Assembly (NCBI GenBank): GCA_963770505.1
Contig: CAVYPR010000002.1
Location: 36,902 to 100,901 of the forward strand
Direction of reading: 5' to 3'
DNA: 64,000 bases
Source: an uncultured Actinomycetota bacterium
GTDB taxonomy: Bacteria > Actinomycetota > Acidimicrobiia > Acidimicrobiales > RAAP-2
Below the pieces are notes generated by a model. That model was given only the letters and a program-made list of their open reading frames with translations, had not been told where the DNA came from and ran no database searches. A program made the translations under genes and the position numbers. This document shows positions 1 through 9,792 of this stretch, in pieces (the first letter of the stretch is position 1; each line of letters begins with the position of its first letter).

Positions 1-384
1 TCGCTGCGCCGCCTGTCCGAGCTGGCGGGGATCTCCAACCCCTACCTGAGCCAGATCGAGCGCGGCCTGCGCCGGCCCTCGGCCGAGATCCTCCAGCAGA
101 TCGCCAAGGCGCTGCGGATCTCGGCCGAGACCCTCTACGTCCAGGCCGGCATCCTCGACCCGCCCGACGGCTCCCCGGACCTGGCCCGCCAGATCCTGTC
201 CGACCCGCACCTGAGCGAGGAGCAGAAGCAGGCGCTGGTCCGCATCTACCTCTCCTTCCGGCGCGAGTTCGAGGGCGCGTCCGGGGCCGCGGCGGAGGGC
301 CCGCCCGACGCCCCCGAGGCGACCGGAGGCGGCCCGGCGCCGGTCGAGGCCTGGGCCGGGGGGGGCGAAGACCCGCACCGGTAG
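1..384 (+). CDS. XRE-family helix-turn-helix transcriptional regulator (5' end outside window)
   Basis: Frame 1 is open from base 1 to TAG 382-384. It translates SLRRLSELAGISNPYLSQIERGLRRPSAEILQQIAKALRISAETLYVQAGILD, a classic XRE/Cro HTH. GC3 is high. Confidence 0.8.
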   Translation, partial: SLRRLSELAGISNPYLSQIERGLRRPSAEILQQIAKALRISAETLYVQAGILDPPDGSPDLARQILSDPHLSEEQKQALVRIYLSFRREFEGASGAAAEGPPDAPEATGGGPAPVEAWAGGGEDPHR

Positions 385-396
385 GATTCCGGCGAC

Positions 397-1677
397 ATGC
401 GACGGCTGGCCGTCCTCTCGTTGCACACCTCGCCCCTGGCCCAGCCGGGCACCGGCGACGGTGGCGGCATGAACGTCTACGTGCGCGAGCTGGCCACCGC
501 GCTGGCCCGCAGCGGTGCCGCCTGCGACGTCTTCACCCGGGCCTGGTCGGACGACCTCCCGCCCACGGTGGCCGTCGAGCCCGGCCTGCGCATCCACCAC
601 GTGCCGGCGGGGCCGCTCGGCCACCTGGCCAAGGAGCGGCTGCCCGAGGTGGTCGACGAGTTCACCGACGGGGTGCTGGCCCGCATGACCGGGCCCCTCG
701 GGCTGGCCCACGGAGGGAGCGCCGGGGACGAGGCGCCCCCGTTCGAGGCCGTCCACGCCAACTACTGGCTGTCGGGGCTGGCCGGCCACGCCATCAAGCA
801 CGAGCTCGACCTGCCCCTCGTCTCGACCTTCCACACCCTCGACCGGGTGAAGGCCGAGGCCGGGCCCGAGGAGGTGGAGGCCGACACCGCCCACCGCCGC
901 GCCGAGGCCGAGGCGGCCATCGTGCGCTGCTCGGACGCCGTGCTGGCCTCGTGCACGGTGGAGGCGGAGCAGATCGCCGACCTCTACGGCGCCGACCGCT
1001 CGCGCATCGCCGTGGTGGCCCCGGGGGTCGACCACGCCTTCTTCGGACCGGGGCACCGCCCGCAGGCCCGCCGGGCCCTCGGGCTGCCGGCCGACGGCAC
1101 CCTCCTGCTCTTCGTCGGGCGCATCCAGCCCCTCAAGTGCGCGGACCTGGCGGTGCGCACCCTGGCCGAGCTGGCCCGGGACCCCGGCGCCGACTACCGC
1201 CTGGTCGTGGTGGGCGGCCCCAGCGGTCCCCACGGCGACGAGGCCTACCACGACCTCGTCACCGGGGCGAAAGAGCTCGGGGTGAGCGACCGGGTGACGC
1301 TGGTGCCGCCCCAGCCCCACGAGCTGCTCTCCACCTGGTACCGCGCCGCCGACGCCTGCCTGGTGCCCAGCCGCTCGGAGTCCTTCGGCCTGGTGGCCCT
1401 GGAGGCGGCGGCCTGCGGCACCCCGGTGGTGGCCTCGGCGGTGGGCGGGCTCACCACCCTCATCGACCACGGGCGGACCGGCTTCTTGGTGGAGGACCCC
1501 GTCCCGGGCGCCTACGCCGACTGCGTGCGGGCGATCGTCTCCGAGCCCCTCTTGGCCGAGCGGCTGTCCACGGCCTCGGTGCTGCGGGCCCGCCGCTACA
1601 CGTGGCGCCAGGCGGCGGCCACGTTGCGGACGGTCCACGACGAGCTGCTGGAGGGCCGGCTCGTCGAGTGCTCCTGA
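397..1677 (+). CDS. mshA: D-inositol-3-phosphate glycosyltransferase MshA (mycothiol biosynthesis, GT4)
   Basis: The N-terminus MRRLAVLSLHTSPLAQPGTGDGGGMNVYVRELA is the MshA hallmark. The C-terminal ESFGLVALEAAACGTPVVA is the GT4 motif. Intact 426-aa ORF. Confidence 0.9.
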   Translation: MRRLAVLSLHTSPLAQPGTGDGGGMNVYVRELATALARSGAACDVFTRAWSDDLPPTVAVEPGLRIHHVPAGPLGHLAKERLPEVVDEFTDGVLARMTGPLGLAHGGSAGDEAPPFEAVHANYWLSGLAGHAIKHELDLPLVSTFHTLDRVKAEAGPEEVEADTAHRRAEAEAAIVRCSDAVLASCTVEAEQIADLYGADRSRIAVVAPGVDHAFFGPGHRPQARRALGLPADGTLLLFVGRIQPLKCADLAVRTLAELARDPGADYRLVVVGGPSGPHGDEAYHDLVTGAKELGVSDRVTLVPPQPHELLSTWYRAADACLVPSRSESFGLVALEAAACGTPVVASAVGGLTTLIDHGRTGFLVEDPVPGAYADCVRAIVSEPLLAERLSTASVLRARRYTWRQAAATLRTVHDELLEGRLVECS

Positions 1678-1691
1678 CCGGGGCGCCGCCG

Positions 1692-2186
1692 GTGCCGCTG
1701 GTCGACCTGCCCGACGACGAGGTGATGGCCGCGGTGGCGGCCCGCATCGACGCCTGGACGGCACGCGAGCTCTCCGCCGACGGGACCTTCGGGCTGGTGG
1801 CCGCCGAGCGGCAGCTGGTGGGGGACCGCACCGCCTCGCACCGGTGGTACCTGCGGTTCAAAGGGGAGGAGAAAGACTTCATCACGGTGTGGCTGACGCT
1901 GCACCAGCGCACCCTCCACCACGAGGCCCAGTTCATGCCGGCCCCCACCGAGCACGTGGCCGAGGTCCTCGCCTACCTCATGCGTCGCAACGCCGACCTC
2001 TTCGACATGGCCTTCTGCCTGGGTCCCGAGGACGCCGTGTACCTGGTCGGCCGGGTGCCGGCCCGCCTGGTGGACGACGACGAGCTCGACCGGATCGCCG
2101 GCTCCTCCATCCTCTATGTCGACGACCACTTCCCGACGGCCATGACCCTGGCCCACCCCTCCCTCTACCGCCGCAGGCGGCGCTGA
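1692..2186 (+). CDS. YbjN-like domain protein (conserved actinobacterial neighbour of mshA)
   Basis: The distal third of ORF 951..2186 is protein-like (WYLRFKGEEKDFITVWLTLHQRTLHHEAQFMP...AFCLGPEDAVYLVGRVP). Synteny matches Rv0486-Rv0487. The start is uncertain (GTG 1692, GTG 1722 or ATG 1725). Confidence 0.6.
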   Translation: MPLVDLPDDEVMAAVAARIDAWTARELSADGTFGLVAAERQLVGDRTASHRWYLRFKGEEKDFITVWLTLHQRTLHHEAQFMPAPTEHVAEVLAYLMRRNADLFDMAFCLGPEDAVYLVGRVPARLVDDDELDRIAGSSILYVDDHFPTAMTLAHPSLYRRRRR

Positions 2187-2206
2187 CCGCCGGGTACCCT
2201 TTCCCG

Positions 2207-3028
2207 ATGGGCATCAAGCTGCTGGTCGTCGGGGGCGGCAAGATGGGCACGGCGCTGGTGGGTGGCCTGCTCACCTCGGGGTGGGCCTCCCCCCCTGAGC
2301 TGGCCGTGGCCGAACCGGACCCCCACCGCCGGGAGGCGCTGGCCGAGGAGTACCCCGGCCTCGTGCTCTTCGAGGCGGTGACCCCGGACCACGTCGACGC
2401 CGGCCTGTTCGACGCCGACAGCGGGGCCCTGCTGGCCGTCAAGCCCGAGGTCTCCGAGCCGGCCTGCCGGGTGCTGGGCGCGGCCGGCGTGACCCGGGTG
2501 CTCTCCATCGTGGCCGGGATGGCCATCCACCGCCTGGAGGCCTGCCTCCCCAACGACGCGGTGGTGGTGCGGGCCATGCCCAACACCCCGGCCCTGGTGG
2601 GAGCCGGGGTGACGGTGATGGCGGGAGGCGGGCGGGCGACCGCGGACGACCTCGACTGGGCCGAGTCGGTGCTGGCCGCGGTGGGCGTGGTGGTGCGCCT
2701 CCCCGAGCGGTATCTCGACGCCGTGACGGGGGTGTCGGCGTGCGGGCCGGCCTACCTCCTCTTGGTGGCCGAGGCCATGATCGAGGCGGGGGTGACGGTG
2801 GGGTTGGCCCGCGACGTGAGCCGGACCCTGGTGGCCGAGACGCTGCTCGGCACGTCCCGGCTGCTGGTCCAGACGGGCGAGACGCCCGAGTCGCTGCGGG
2901 CGGCCGTGACCTCGCCGGGTGGGGCCACCGCGGCCGGGGTGCGCACCCTCGAGCAGCGCGGCGTGCGCTCGGCGTTCATCGAGGCCGTGGTGGCGGCCAG
3001 CGAGCGCTCCCGCAACCTCGGCCGCTGA
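2207..3028 (+). CDS. proC: pyrroline-5-carboxylate reductase
   Basis: MGIKLLVVGGGKMGTALVGGLL Rossmann N-terminus. Also VRAMPNTPALVGAG, ACGPAYLLLVAEAM and AVTSPGGATAAG, all typical ProC motifs. Confidence 0.9.
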   Translation: MGIKLLVVGGGKMGTALVGGLLTSGWASPPELAVAEPDPHRREALAEEYPGLVLFEAVTPDHVDAGLFDADSGALLAVKPEVSEPACRVLGAAGVTRVLSIVAGMAIHRLEACLPNDAVVVRAMPNTPALVGAGVTVMAGGGRATADDLDWAESVLAAVGVVVRLPERYLDAVTGVSACGPAYLLLVAEAMIEAGVTVGLARDVSRTLVAETLLGTSRLLVQTGETPESLRAAVTSPGGATAAGVRTLEQRGVRSAFIEAVVAASERSRNLGR

Positions 3029-3113
3029 TCGGCGGTCGCCGGGGCTACCGCCCCCACTTTCCCCGCCCCGTGCCAGGGCGTAGTCTCGTCTGGCGCGGAG
3101 GGGGTCAGCGGAG

Positions 3114-3314
3114 ATGACTCAGCAACTCGACAACACCAGCACCCGATTCATGACCGTGGGCGAGGTCGCAGCCATCCTGCGGGTGTCCACCATGACCGTC
3201 TACCGGCTCATCAACGCCGGGCAGCTGCCGGCCGTGCGGATCGGCCGGTCGTTCCGGGTGCGCGAGGGGGAGCTCGACCGCTACCTGGACGAGCGCCACA
3301 CCAGGGCGGGTTGA
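3114..3314 (+). CDS. small excisionase/MerR-like helix-turn-helix DNA-binding protein
   Basis: 66 aa. MTVGEVAAILRVSTMTVYRLINAGQLPAVRIGRSFRVREGELDRYL is the excisionase-family HTH. It sits next to proC, as Rv0500A does in mycobacteria. Confidence 0.8.
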   Translation: MTQQLDNTSTRFMTVGEVAAILRVSTMTVYRLINAGQLPAVRIGRSFRVREGELDRYLDERHTRAG

Positions 3315-4153
3315 CCCCGACGGCAGCCGGGCCGCCCCGAGCGGGCGCCGACACCGTCTTCTTCCTGTCCGACTACGGCCGGTCCGACGAGTTCGTCGGC
3401 GTGGTCCACGCCGTCCTGCGCCGGCTGGCCCCGGGCGCCGCGGTGATCGACCTCTGCCACGACGTGGCGCCCTTCTCGGTGGCCGCCGGCGCCGCCGCGC
3501 TCGCCCGCGCCCTGCCCCACCTCGGCCCCGGCGTGGTCCTGGCGGTGGTCGACCCGGGGGTGGGCGGGCCGCGGCGCTCGGTGGTGGTCGAGGTGGGAGC
3601 CGGGCCCGGCCCGCGCTGGTTCCTGGGACCCGACAACGGGCTCGTCTGGCCGTCCGTCCAGGCGGCCGGCGGGGCGGTGTCGGTGACCGAGCTGGCGGCG
3701 CCCTCGGGCCGGACCGCCGCCACCTTCGACGGCCGGGACGTCCTGGCCCCGGCCGCCGCCGCCCTCTGCCGGGGCGAGACGGCCGGTGCCCTCGGGCACG
3801 CCGTCGACCCCGGCTCGCTCGTCCGCCTCGAGCAGCCGGCTCCCGAGCTGGTGGAGGAGGCCGGCGGCCGCCGACGACTGCGCTCCGTGGTGACCTGGGT
3901 GGACCGGTTCGGCAACGCCCAGCTCTCGGCCGGCGGCGAACTGCTCCCCCAGACAGTCGGCGAGGTGACGCTCCACCTGGCCGGGTCGCCCCCCCGGCCG
4001 CTGCCGCGGGTGCGGGCCTTCGCCGACCTCGACGCGGGCGAGGCAGGGGTGCTCGTGGACGCCAACGGGCGCCTGGCGCTGGTGGTCCGCGAGGGGTCGG
4101 CGGCGGCCGGGCTGGGCCTGTCGGCGGGCACGCCGGTGGAGGCCGTCTGGTGA
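3311..4153 (+). CDS. SAM hydrolase / SAM-dependent halogenase family protein (DUF62, S-adenosyl-L-methionine hydroxide adenosyltransferase-like)
   Basis: FFLSDYGRSDEFVGVVHAVL, VVDPGVGGPRR, FLGPDNGL, TFDGRDVLAPAAA and VTWVDRFGNAQL match DUF62. TTG 3311 is the only in-frame start and overlaps the upstream TGA (TTGA). Confidence 0.8.
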   Translation: MTPTAAGPPRAGADTVFFLSDYGRSDEFVGVVHAVLRRLAPGAAVIDLCHDVAPFSVAAGAAALARALPHLGPGVVLAVVDPGVGGPRRSVVVEVGAGPGPRWFLGPDNGLVWPSVQAAGGAVSVTELAAPSGRTAATFDGRDVLAPAAAALCRGETAGALGHAVDPGSLVRLEQPAPELVEEAGGRRRLRSVVTWVDRFGNAQLSAGGELLPQTVGEVTLHLAGSPPRPLPRVRAFADLDAGEAGVLVDANGRLALVVREGSAAAGLGLSAGTPVEAVW

Positions 4154-4908
4154 GCGGGCGGCCCCCGTCGATACGATCGTCGGCGGTGGCCGACGAGCGC
4201 GGTGATCCCCACTCCCGCAAGATCTCCGAGGCGACGGTGGTGCGCCTCCCGATCTATCAGCGGATCCTGGCCGAGTTGGAGCGCGGCGGGACGGCGACCG
4301 TCTCCTCGGCCCAGCTGGCCGCCCTGGCCCGGGTCAACGCGGCCAAGGTCCGCAAGGACCTCTCCCTCCTGGGCTCGTTCGGCACCCGGGGGACCGGGTA
4401 CGACGTCTCCTTCCTCCTGTCCCAGATCGACCGGGCGCTCGGCATGGGCCGGGACTGGCCGGTGGTGGTGGTGGGCATCGGCAACCTGGGACGGGCCCTG
4501 GTCAACTCCGAGGGGTTCTCGTCGCGGGGGTTCCGGGTGACGGCCCTCTTCGACGTGGACCCCGCCGTGGTCGGCAAGAGGGTGGGCCCGGTCACGGTGC
4601 GCCACGCCGGTGAGCTGCCGGCCCTGGCGGGCCCGGACCGGCCGGTCATCGGGGTGGTGGCCACCCCGGCCTCGGCGGCCCAGGAGGTGGCCGACTCGCT
4701 GGTGGCCATGGGGGTCACGGCGATCCTCAACTTCGCCCCCCGCATCCTGGCGGTCCCCGACGACGTCCTCCTGCGCTACGTGGACCTTTCCATCGAGCTC
4801 CAGGTGCTGACCTTCTACCAGTCGCGGCGAGAGCTGCCCACCGAGACCGACGGCCCCGCCCTGCACTCGGTCGGGCTCTCCATGGACCTCGGCGCCGAGT
4901 TCAGCTGA
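4150..4908 (+). CDS. rex: redox-sensing transcriptional repressor Rex
   Basis: ATVVRLPIYQRILAEL winged helix plus VVVVGIGNLGRAL NAD(H) Rossmann fold and GVTAILNFAP. GTG 4150 overlaps the upstream TGA (GTGA). Confidence 0.9.
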   Translation: MSGRPPSIRSSAVADERGDPHSRKISEATVVRLPIYQRILAELERGGTATVSSAQLAALARVNAAKVRKDLSLLGSFGTRGTGYDVSFLLSQIDRALGMGRDWPVVVVGIGNLGRALVNSEGFSSRGFRVTALFDVDPAVVGKRVGPVTVRHAGELPALAGPDRPVIGVVATPASAAQEVADSLVAMGVTAILNFAPRILAVPDDVLLRYVDLSIELQVLTFYQSRRELPTETDGPALHSVGLSMDLGAEFS

Positions 4909-5072
4909 GGCCGGTCCGGGGCTCGGGCGACTGGCGTCGCCGCGTCCCGCCCGGCATGCTGGAACCGAGCGGGTGGGCATCGGGCCCGCCCCAGGCGCAC
5001 GGGGCCCGTCCCGTCACCCGGCACCCGTGGTGCCGCCGGTGACCGGCACGGCCCGGGGAGGCGACCGACCCC

Positions 5073-6354
5073 TTGTCCGTGGTGGTGGTAGGGCTGGAGC
5101 ACGAGCGCACCCCGCTGGACCTGCTCGAACGGGTCACCGTGGGCGACGCCGAGCTGGGCAAGGTGCTCGGCACGCTGCGCGACCGGGCCAACCTCTCTGA
5201 GTCCGTGGTCCTCTCCACCTGCTTGCGCACCGAGGTGTACGCGGTGGTCGACCGGTTCCACGACGCCGTCCACGAGATCCACGAGATCCTGGCCGAGAAG
5301 GCGGGCGTCGAGGTCGCCGTGCTGGAGGAGCACGCCAGCGTGCGGTTCGACGACGACGGTGGCGGTCCACCTGTTCTCGGTGGCCTCGGGGCTGGAGTCG
5401 GCGGTGCTCGGCGAGGGCGAGGTGCTGGGACAGGTGCGCAGGTCATGGGAGCGGGCCCAGGACGAGCGGGTGGCCGGTCCCGTCCTCTCCGAGCTCTTCC
5501 GCCACGCCCTGCGGACCGGCAAGCGCGTGCGCTCGGAGACCGCCATCGCCCGCGGGACGACCTCGTTCTCGCACGCCGCGGTGGAGCTGGCCGAGTCCCG
5601 CCACCCAGGCGGGCTGGCCGGTGCGACCGTGGTGGTGGTGGGGGCGGGGGAGATGGGTTCGGGGGTGCTGGGGGCGCTGGTGTCGCTGTCCCCGGCCCGG
5701 CGTCCGGCCGAGGTGCTGGTGGCCAACCGCACGGCGGCCCGGGCCGCCGGCCTGGCCCGGGCCGTGCCCCCGGGGGTCACGGTCCGCACCGTGGCCATGG
5801 CCCAACTGCCGACCGCCCTGGCCGGGGCCGACGTCGTGGTGGCGGCGGTGGAGGCCGAGGCGCACGTGGTGACGGCGGACGACCTGTCCTCGGTCGGGCG
5901 GCGCGACCGGCCGCTGCTGGTCGTGGACCTGGGGATGCCCCGCAACGTCGAGCCGGCGGCCGGGGAGCTGCCGGGCGTCACCCTGCTGGACATGGGCCAC
6001 CTGAGCTCGGCCGTGGCCCAGGCCATGGCCGAGCGGCGGGTGGAGGCCGAGGCGGCGTCGGAGATCGTGGGGGAGGAGGTGGACCGCTACCGGGCCGCCA
6101 CCCGCGCCCGGGGCGCGGCCCCGGTGGTGGCCGCCCTGCGCACCCGGTTGGAGGAGGTGCGCGCGGCGGAGCTCGAGCGGCGCAAGGGGCAGTTCGCCTC
6201 CCTCTCCGACGACGACTGGGCGCAGGTGGACGCCGTGACCCGGGCCGTGCTGGCCAAGCTGGTCCACGAGCCGACGGTGCTGCTGAAGGAGACCGCCGGC
6301 ACCCCCCGGGGCGAGCGGCTGGTGGAGGCACTCCGCCTGCTGTTCGACCTCTAG
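5073..6354 (+). CDS. hemA: glutamyl-tRNA reductase (reading frame broken by a 1-nt indel near 5358)
   Basis: The N-terminal part (frame of 5073) reads VVVGLEHERTPLDLLERV...LSTCLRTEVYAVV. The rest (frame of 5359) reads HLFSVASGLESAVLGEGEVLGQV...VVVVGAGEMG. Together they form a full-length HemA. Confidence 0.9.
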
Positions 6355-6359
6355 GGGCG

Positions 6360-7292
6360 GTGGCCCGCCTTCGCCTGGCCACCCGCGGGTCGCCGCTCGC
6401 CCTGAGGCAGGCCGAGCTGGTGGCCGACGGGCTGGCCGGGGCCCACCCGGGCATCACGGTCGAGAACGTGGTGGTGCGCACGACCGGCGACCGGCGCGCG
6501 GACGTGGCCCTCGATCGGATCGGCGGCCAGGGGGTGTTCGCCAAGGAGGTGCAGGCGGCGGTGGCCGACGGCCGGGCCGACCTGGCGGTGCACTCGGCCA
6601 AGGACCTCCCCTCGCAGTCCCCTCCCGGCCTGGTGCTGGCGGCCGTGCCGATCCGGGCCGACCCGCGCGACGCCCTGGTCGGCTCGGCCCTGGTCGACCT
6701 CGCGCCCGGCGCCGTCGTGGCCACGGGGTCGGCCCGCCGGCGCGCCCAGCTGGCCAACGCCCGCCCGGACCTCACCTTCGTCGAGCTGCGGGGGAACATG
6801 GGGACCCGGATGGAGCGCGCCGAGGACGGGTCGGTCCACGCCGTGGTGGTGGCCGTGGCCGCCCTGGAGCGGCTGGGCTGGTTGGAGCGGCTCACCGAGG
6901 TGCTGACCCCCTCGCTGATGCTGCCCCAGGTGGGGCAGGGGGCCCTGGCCCTCGAGTGCCGGGCCGACGACGAGTCCACCGCCGCCCTCCTGGCCGCCCT
7001 CGACGACCCCGCGAGCCACCGGGCCCTCGCCGCCGAGCGGTCGTTCCTCGCCGCCGCCGGCGGGAGCTGCGCGGTGCCGGTGGCGGCCCTGGCCGAACGC
7101 GACGGCGACCGGCTGCGGCTCACGGCCATGGTGGCCAGCGGGGACGGTCGGGTGGTGCTCCGGGCCGAGCGCGCCGGCACCGACCCAGAGGCCCTGGGGA
7201 GGGAGATGGCCGACCACCTGCTGGTGGCGTGCGGGGGCCGCTCCGTCGAGGGGTGGGAGGCGGACCGCCCGGCCGCCCGGCCGCCCTCGTGA
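6360..7292 (+). CDS. hemC: hydroxymethylbilane synthase (porphobilinogen deaminase)
   Basis: VARLRLATRGSPLALRQAELV...TTGDR...GGQGVFAKEVQ...DLAVHSAKDLPS...RGNMGTR...GGSCAVPVAA. GTG start 6 nt after the hemA stop. Confidence 0.9.
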   Translation: MARLRLATRGSPLALRQAELVADGLAGAHPGITVENVVVRTTGDRRADVALDRIGGQGVFAKEVQAAVADGRADLAVHSAKDLPSQSPPGLVLAAVPIRADPRDALVGSALVDLAPGAVVATGSARRRAQLANARPDLTFVELRGNMGTRMERAEDGSVHAVVVAVAALERLGWLERLTEVLTPSLMLPQVGQGALALECRADDESTAALLAALDDPASHRALAAERSFLAAAGGSCAVPVAALAERDGDRLRLTAMVASGDGRVVLRAERAGTDPEALGREMADHLLVACGGRSVEGWEADRPAARPPS

Positions 7293-8797
7293 CCGTCTAC
7301 CTGGTGGGCGCGGGACCCGGCGACCCGGGCCTCCTCACCCGGCGGGGGGCGGACCTGTTGGCCCGGGCCGACGTGGTCGTCTACGACCGGTTGGTGGACG
7401 CCGCGTTGCTGGCCCTGGCCCCGCCCGGGGCGCTGCTGGTCGACGCGGGACGGGCCGGCGGCGGGGCGTCCGCCGGGACCGGGCGTCAGGAGGAGATCGA
7501 CGCCCTGCTGGCCCTGCACGGGGGGCAGGGCCGCACGGTGGTGCGCCTGAAGGGGGGCGACCCCTTCCTCTTCGGGCGCGGCGGCGAGGAGGCCGAGGCC
7601 CTGACGCGGGCCGGCGTGGCCTGGGAGGTGGTGCCCGGCGTGTCCTCGGCCATCGCGGTGCCGGCCTACGCCGGCGTCCCGGTGACCCACCGCGGGCTGT
7701 CGACCTCGGTGACCGTGGTGACCGGCCAGGTGGGCGGGTCCGGCGGCGGCGGGGTGGACTGGGAGGCGCTGGCCCGGATCGACGGCACCCTGGTCGTGCT
7801 GATGGGCATGGCCAACCGTTCGGAGATCGCCCGCCGGCTGGTGGCCGGCGGCCGACCGGCGGACACCCCGGTGGCCGTGGTCGAGTGGGGGACCACCCCC
7901 CGGCAGCGGACGGCACGCACCACGCTGGCCGGCCTGGCGGACGTGGCCCTCGGGGCCCCGGCGGTGGTGGTGGTAGGGCCGGTGGCCGGTCTCGACCTCA
8001 CCTGGGCCCCGGACCGCCCCCTGGCCGGGACGACCGTCGTGGTCACCCGGGCGCGTGGCCGAGCGGCACCGCTCACCGCCGCCCTCCAGGCCGCGGGGGC
8101 CAGGGTGGTCGAGGTCCCGGTGGTCGAGATCGCCGACCCCGACGACGGGGGTGCCGCCCTGCGGCGGGCGGCCCAGGCGGTCGCCGCCTACGACTGGGTG
8201 GCCTTCACCTCGGCCAACGCCGTCCACCGGTTCGTGCCGTTGCTGCGCGACAGCCGGGGCTTCGGCCCGGCGCGCCTGGCCGCGGTGGGCGGTGCCACCG
8301 CCGACGCCCTGGCCGCCTACAACCTGGCGGCCGATCTCGTGGCGGAGACGGCCGACGGGTCCGCCGGGGCCGAGGCACTGGCGGCCCGCTTCGACGACGC
8401 GCCGGCCGGCGGCCGGGTGCTCTTCCCCCGGGCGGCCGGGGCCCGGCGCGCCCTGCCCGAGGGGTTGGCCGCCCGGGGCTGGGCGGTCGACGAGGTGGTC
8501 GCCTACCGCACCGTGCCGGCGCCCCCGCCGCCGGCGGCCGTGGCCGACGCGGCGGCCGGTGCGAGGGTGGTCACCTTCACCTCGCCGTCGACGGTCGACG
8601 CCTACCTCTCGCTCAGCGACGACGCGGGCCGGCCGCTGCGGGTGCCCGAGGTGGTGGCCTGCATCGGTCCGACCACGGCCGAGGCGGCCCGGCGGGCCGG
8701 CCTGGCCGTGGCGGTCGAGGCGCGCGACGCCTCGGCCGAGGCGCTGGCGCTGGCGGTGGCCGCCCACCTGGGGGCCGCCGGGCGGGCCAGCTCGTAG
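7289..8797 (+). CDS. hemD: bifunctional uroporphyrinogen-III C-methyltransferase / uroporphyrinogen-III synthase
   Basis: N-terminal VYLVGAGPGDPGLLTRRGADLLARADVVVYDRLV...RLKGGDPFLFGRGGEE is the SUMT (CobA) domain. The C-terminal half, LAGTTVVVTRARGRAAPL...AFTSANAV...TFTSPSTV, is HemD. The GTGA start overlaps hemC. Confidence 0.85.
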   Translation: MTVYLVGAGPGDPGLLTRRGADLLARADVVVYDRLVDAALLALAPPGALLVDAGRAGGGASAGTGRQEEIDALLALHGGQGRTVVRLKGGDPFLFGRGGEEAEALTRAGVAWEVVPGVSSAIAVPAYAGVPVTHRGLSTSVTVVTGQVGGSGGGGVDWEALARIDGTLVVLMGMANRSEIARRLVAGGRPADTPVAVVEWGTTPRQRTARTTLAGLADVALGAPAVVVVGPVAGLDLTWAPDRPLAGTTVVVTRARGRAAPLTAALQAAGARVVEVPVVEIADPDDGGAALRRAAQAVAAYDWVAFTSANAVHRFVPLLRDSRGFGPARLAAVGGATADALAAYNLAADLVAETADGSAGAEALAARFDDAPAGGRVLFPRAAGARRALPEGLAARGWAVDEVVAYRTVPAPPPPAAVADAAAGARVVTFTSPSTVDAYLSLSDDAGRPLRVPEVVACIGPTTAEAARRAGLAVAVEARDASAEALALAVAAHLGAAGRASS

Positions 8798-8806
8798 GCT
8801 GGCGGG

Positions 8807-9792
8807 GTGGGCTTCCCCGAACGGCGGCTGCGCCGGCTGCGACGTACTCCGGCCCTGCGCCGGCTGGTGGCCGAGACCCGCCTCGGCTCGGACGACCTGG
8901 TGGCGCCGCTCTTCGTGCGCGAGGGGATCGACGAGCCGGTCCCCATCGGCTCCCTGCCCGGCCAGGTCCAGCACACCGTGGCCTCGTTGGTGGCCGAGGC
9001 CAAGCGGCTGGCCTCGCTCGGCGTGCCGGGCCTGGTCCTGTTCGGGGTGCCCGAGGCCAAGGACGCCACCGGCTCGGGGGCCTGCGACCCCGACGGGATC
9101 GTCCAGCGGGCGCTGGGCGAGCTGCGGTCCGCCCTCGGCGACGAGCTGGTGCTCATGGCCGACCTGTGCCTCGACGAGTACACCGACCACGGCCACTGCG
9201 GCGTGCTGACGGCCGACGGCACGGTGGACAACGACGCCACCCTCGAGCTCTACGGCCGAGGTGGCGCGTGGCCCAGGCCGCGGCCGGCGCCCACGTGGTG
9301 GCGCCCAGCGGGATGATGGACGGGCAGGTGGCGGCGATCCGCCGGGCCCTCGACGACGACGGTCACGCCGAGGTCGCCGTCCTCGCCTACGCGGCCAAGT
9401 ACGCCTCGGCCCTCTACGGGCCGTTCCGCGAGGCGGTCGACGTCACCATCGCCGCCGGCGGCGACCGCCGGGCCTACCAGCAGGACCCGGCCAACCGCCG
9501 GGAGGCGCTGGCCGAGGTGGCCCTCGACGTGGCCGAGGGGGCCGACATGGTGATGGTGAAGCCGGCCATCACCAGCCTCGACGTGATCGCCGAGGTCCGT
9601 CGCACCGTCGACGTGCCGGTGGCCGCCTACCACGTGAGCGGCGAGTACTCGATGGTGCAGGCCGCCGCCGAGCGGGGCTGGGTCGACGGCCCCGCGGTGG
9701 CCCTCGAGCAGCTGACGGCGGTCAAGCGGGCCGGGGCCGACTTCGTCCTCACCTACTTCGCCGCCGAGGTGGCCGAGGCGCTGGGTGGCTGA
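8807..9792 (+). CDS. hemB: porphobilinogen synthase (delta-aminolevulinate dehydratase); frame broken near 9257-9268
   Basis: Frame of 8807 reads [13 protein letters not shown]...APLFV...[14 protein letters not shown]. After a -1 shift the frame that ends at 9792 reads [20 protein letters not shown]...[12 protein letters not shown]...MVMVKPA...[11 protein letters not shown]. Confidence 0.9.

Noticed and set aside
5978-9196. Very long antisense ORFs. Examples: 5978..9196 minus (1072 aa), 3105..4220 minus, 37233..40064 minus, 42930..45050 minus, 49086..51641 minus, 11143..13557 minus (upstream part), 15671..18481 plus (downstream part).
   Set aside because: Their products are monotonous Arg/Pro/Gly/Ala strings. 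They lie opposite, or out of frame with, well-conserved genes and lack the third-position GC bias of real genes here. This is the typical stop-codon-poor artefact of about 70% GC DNA.
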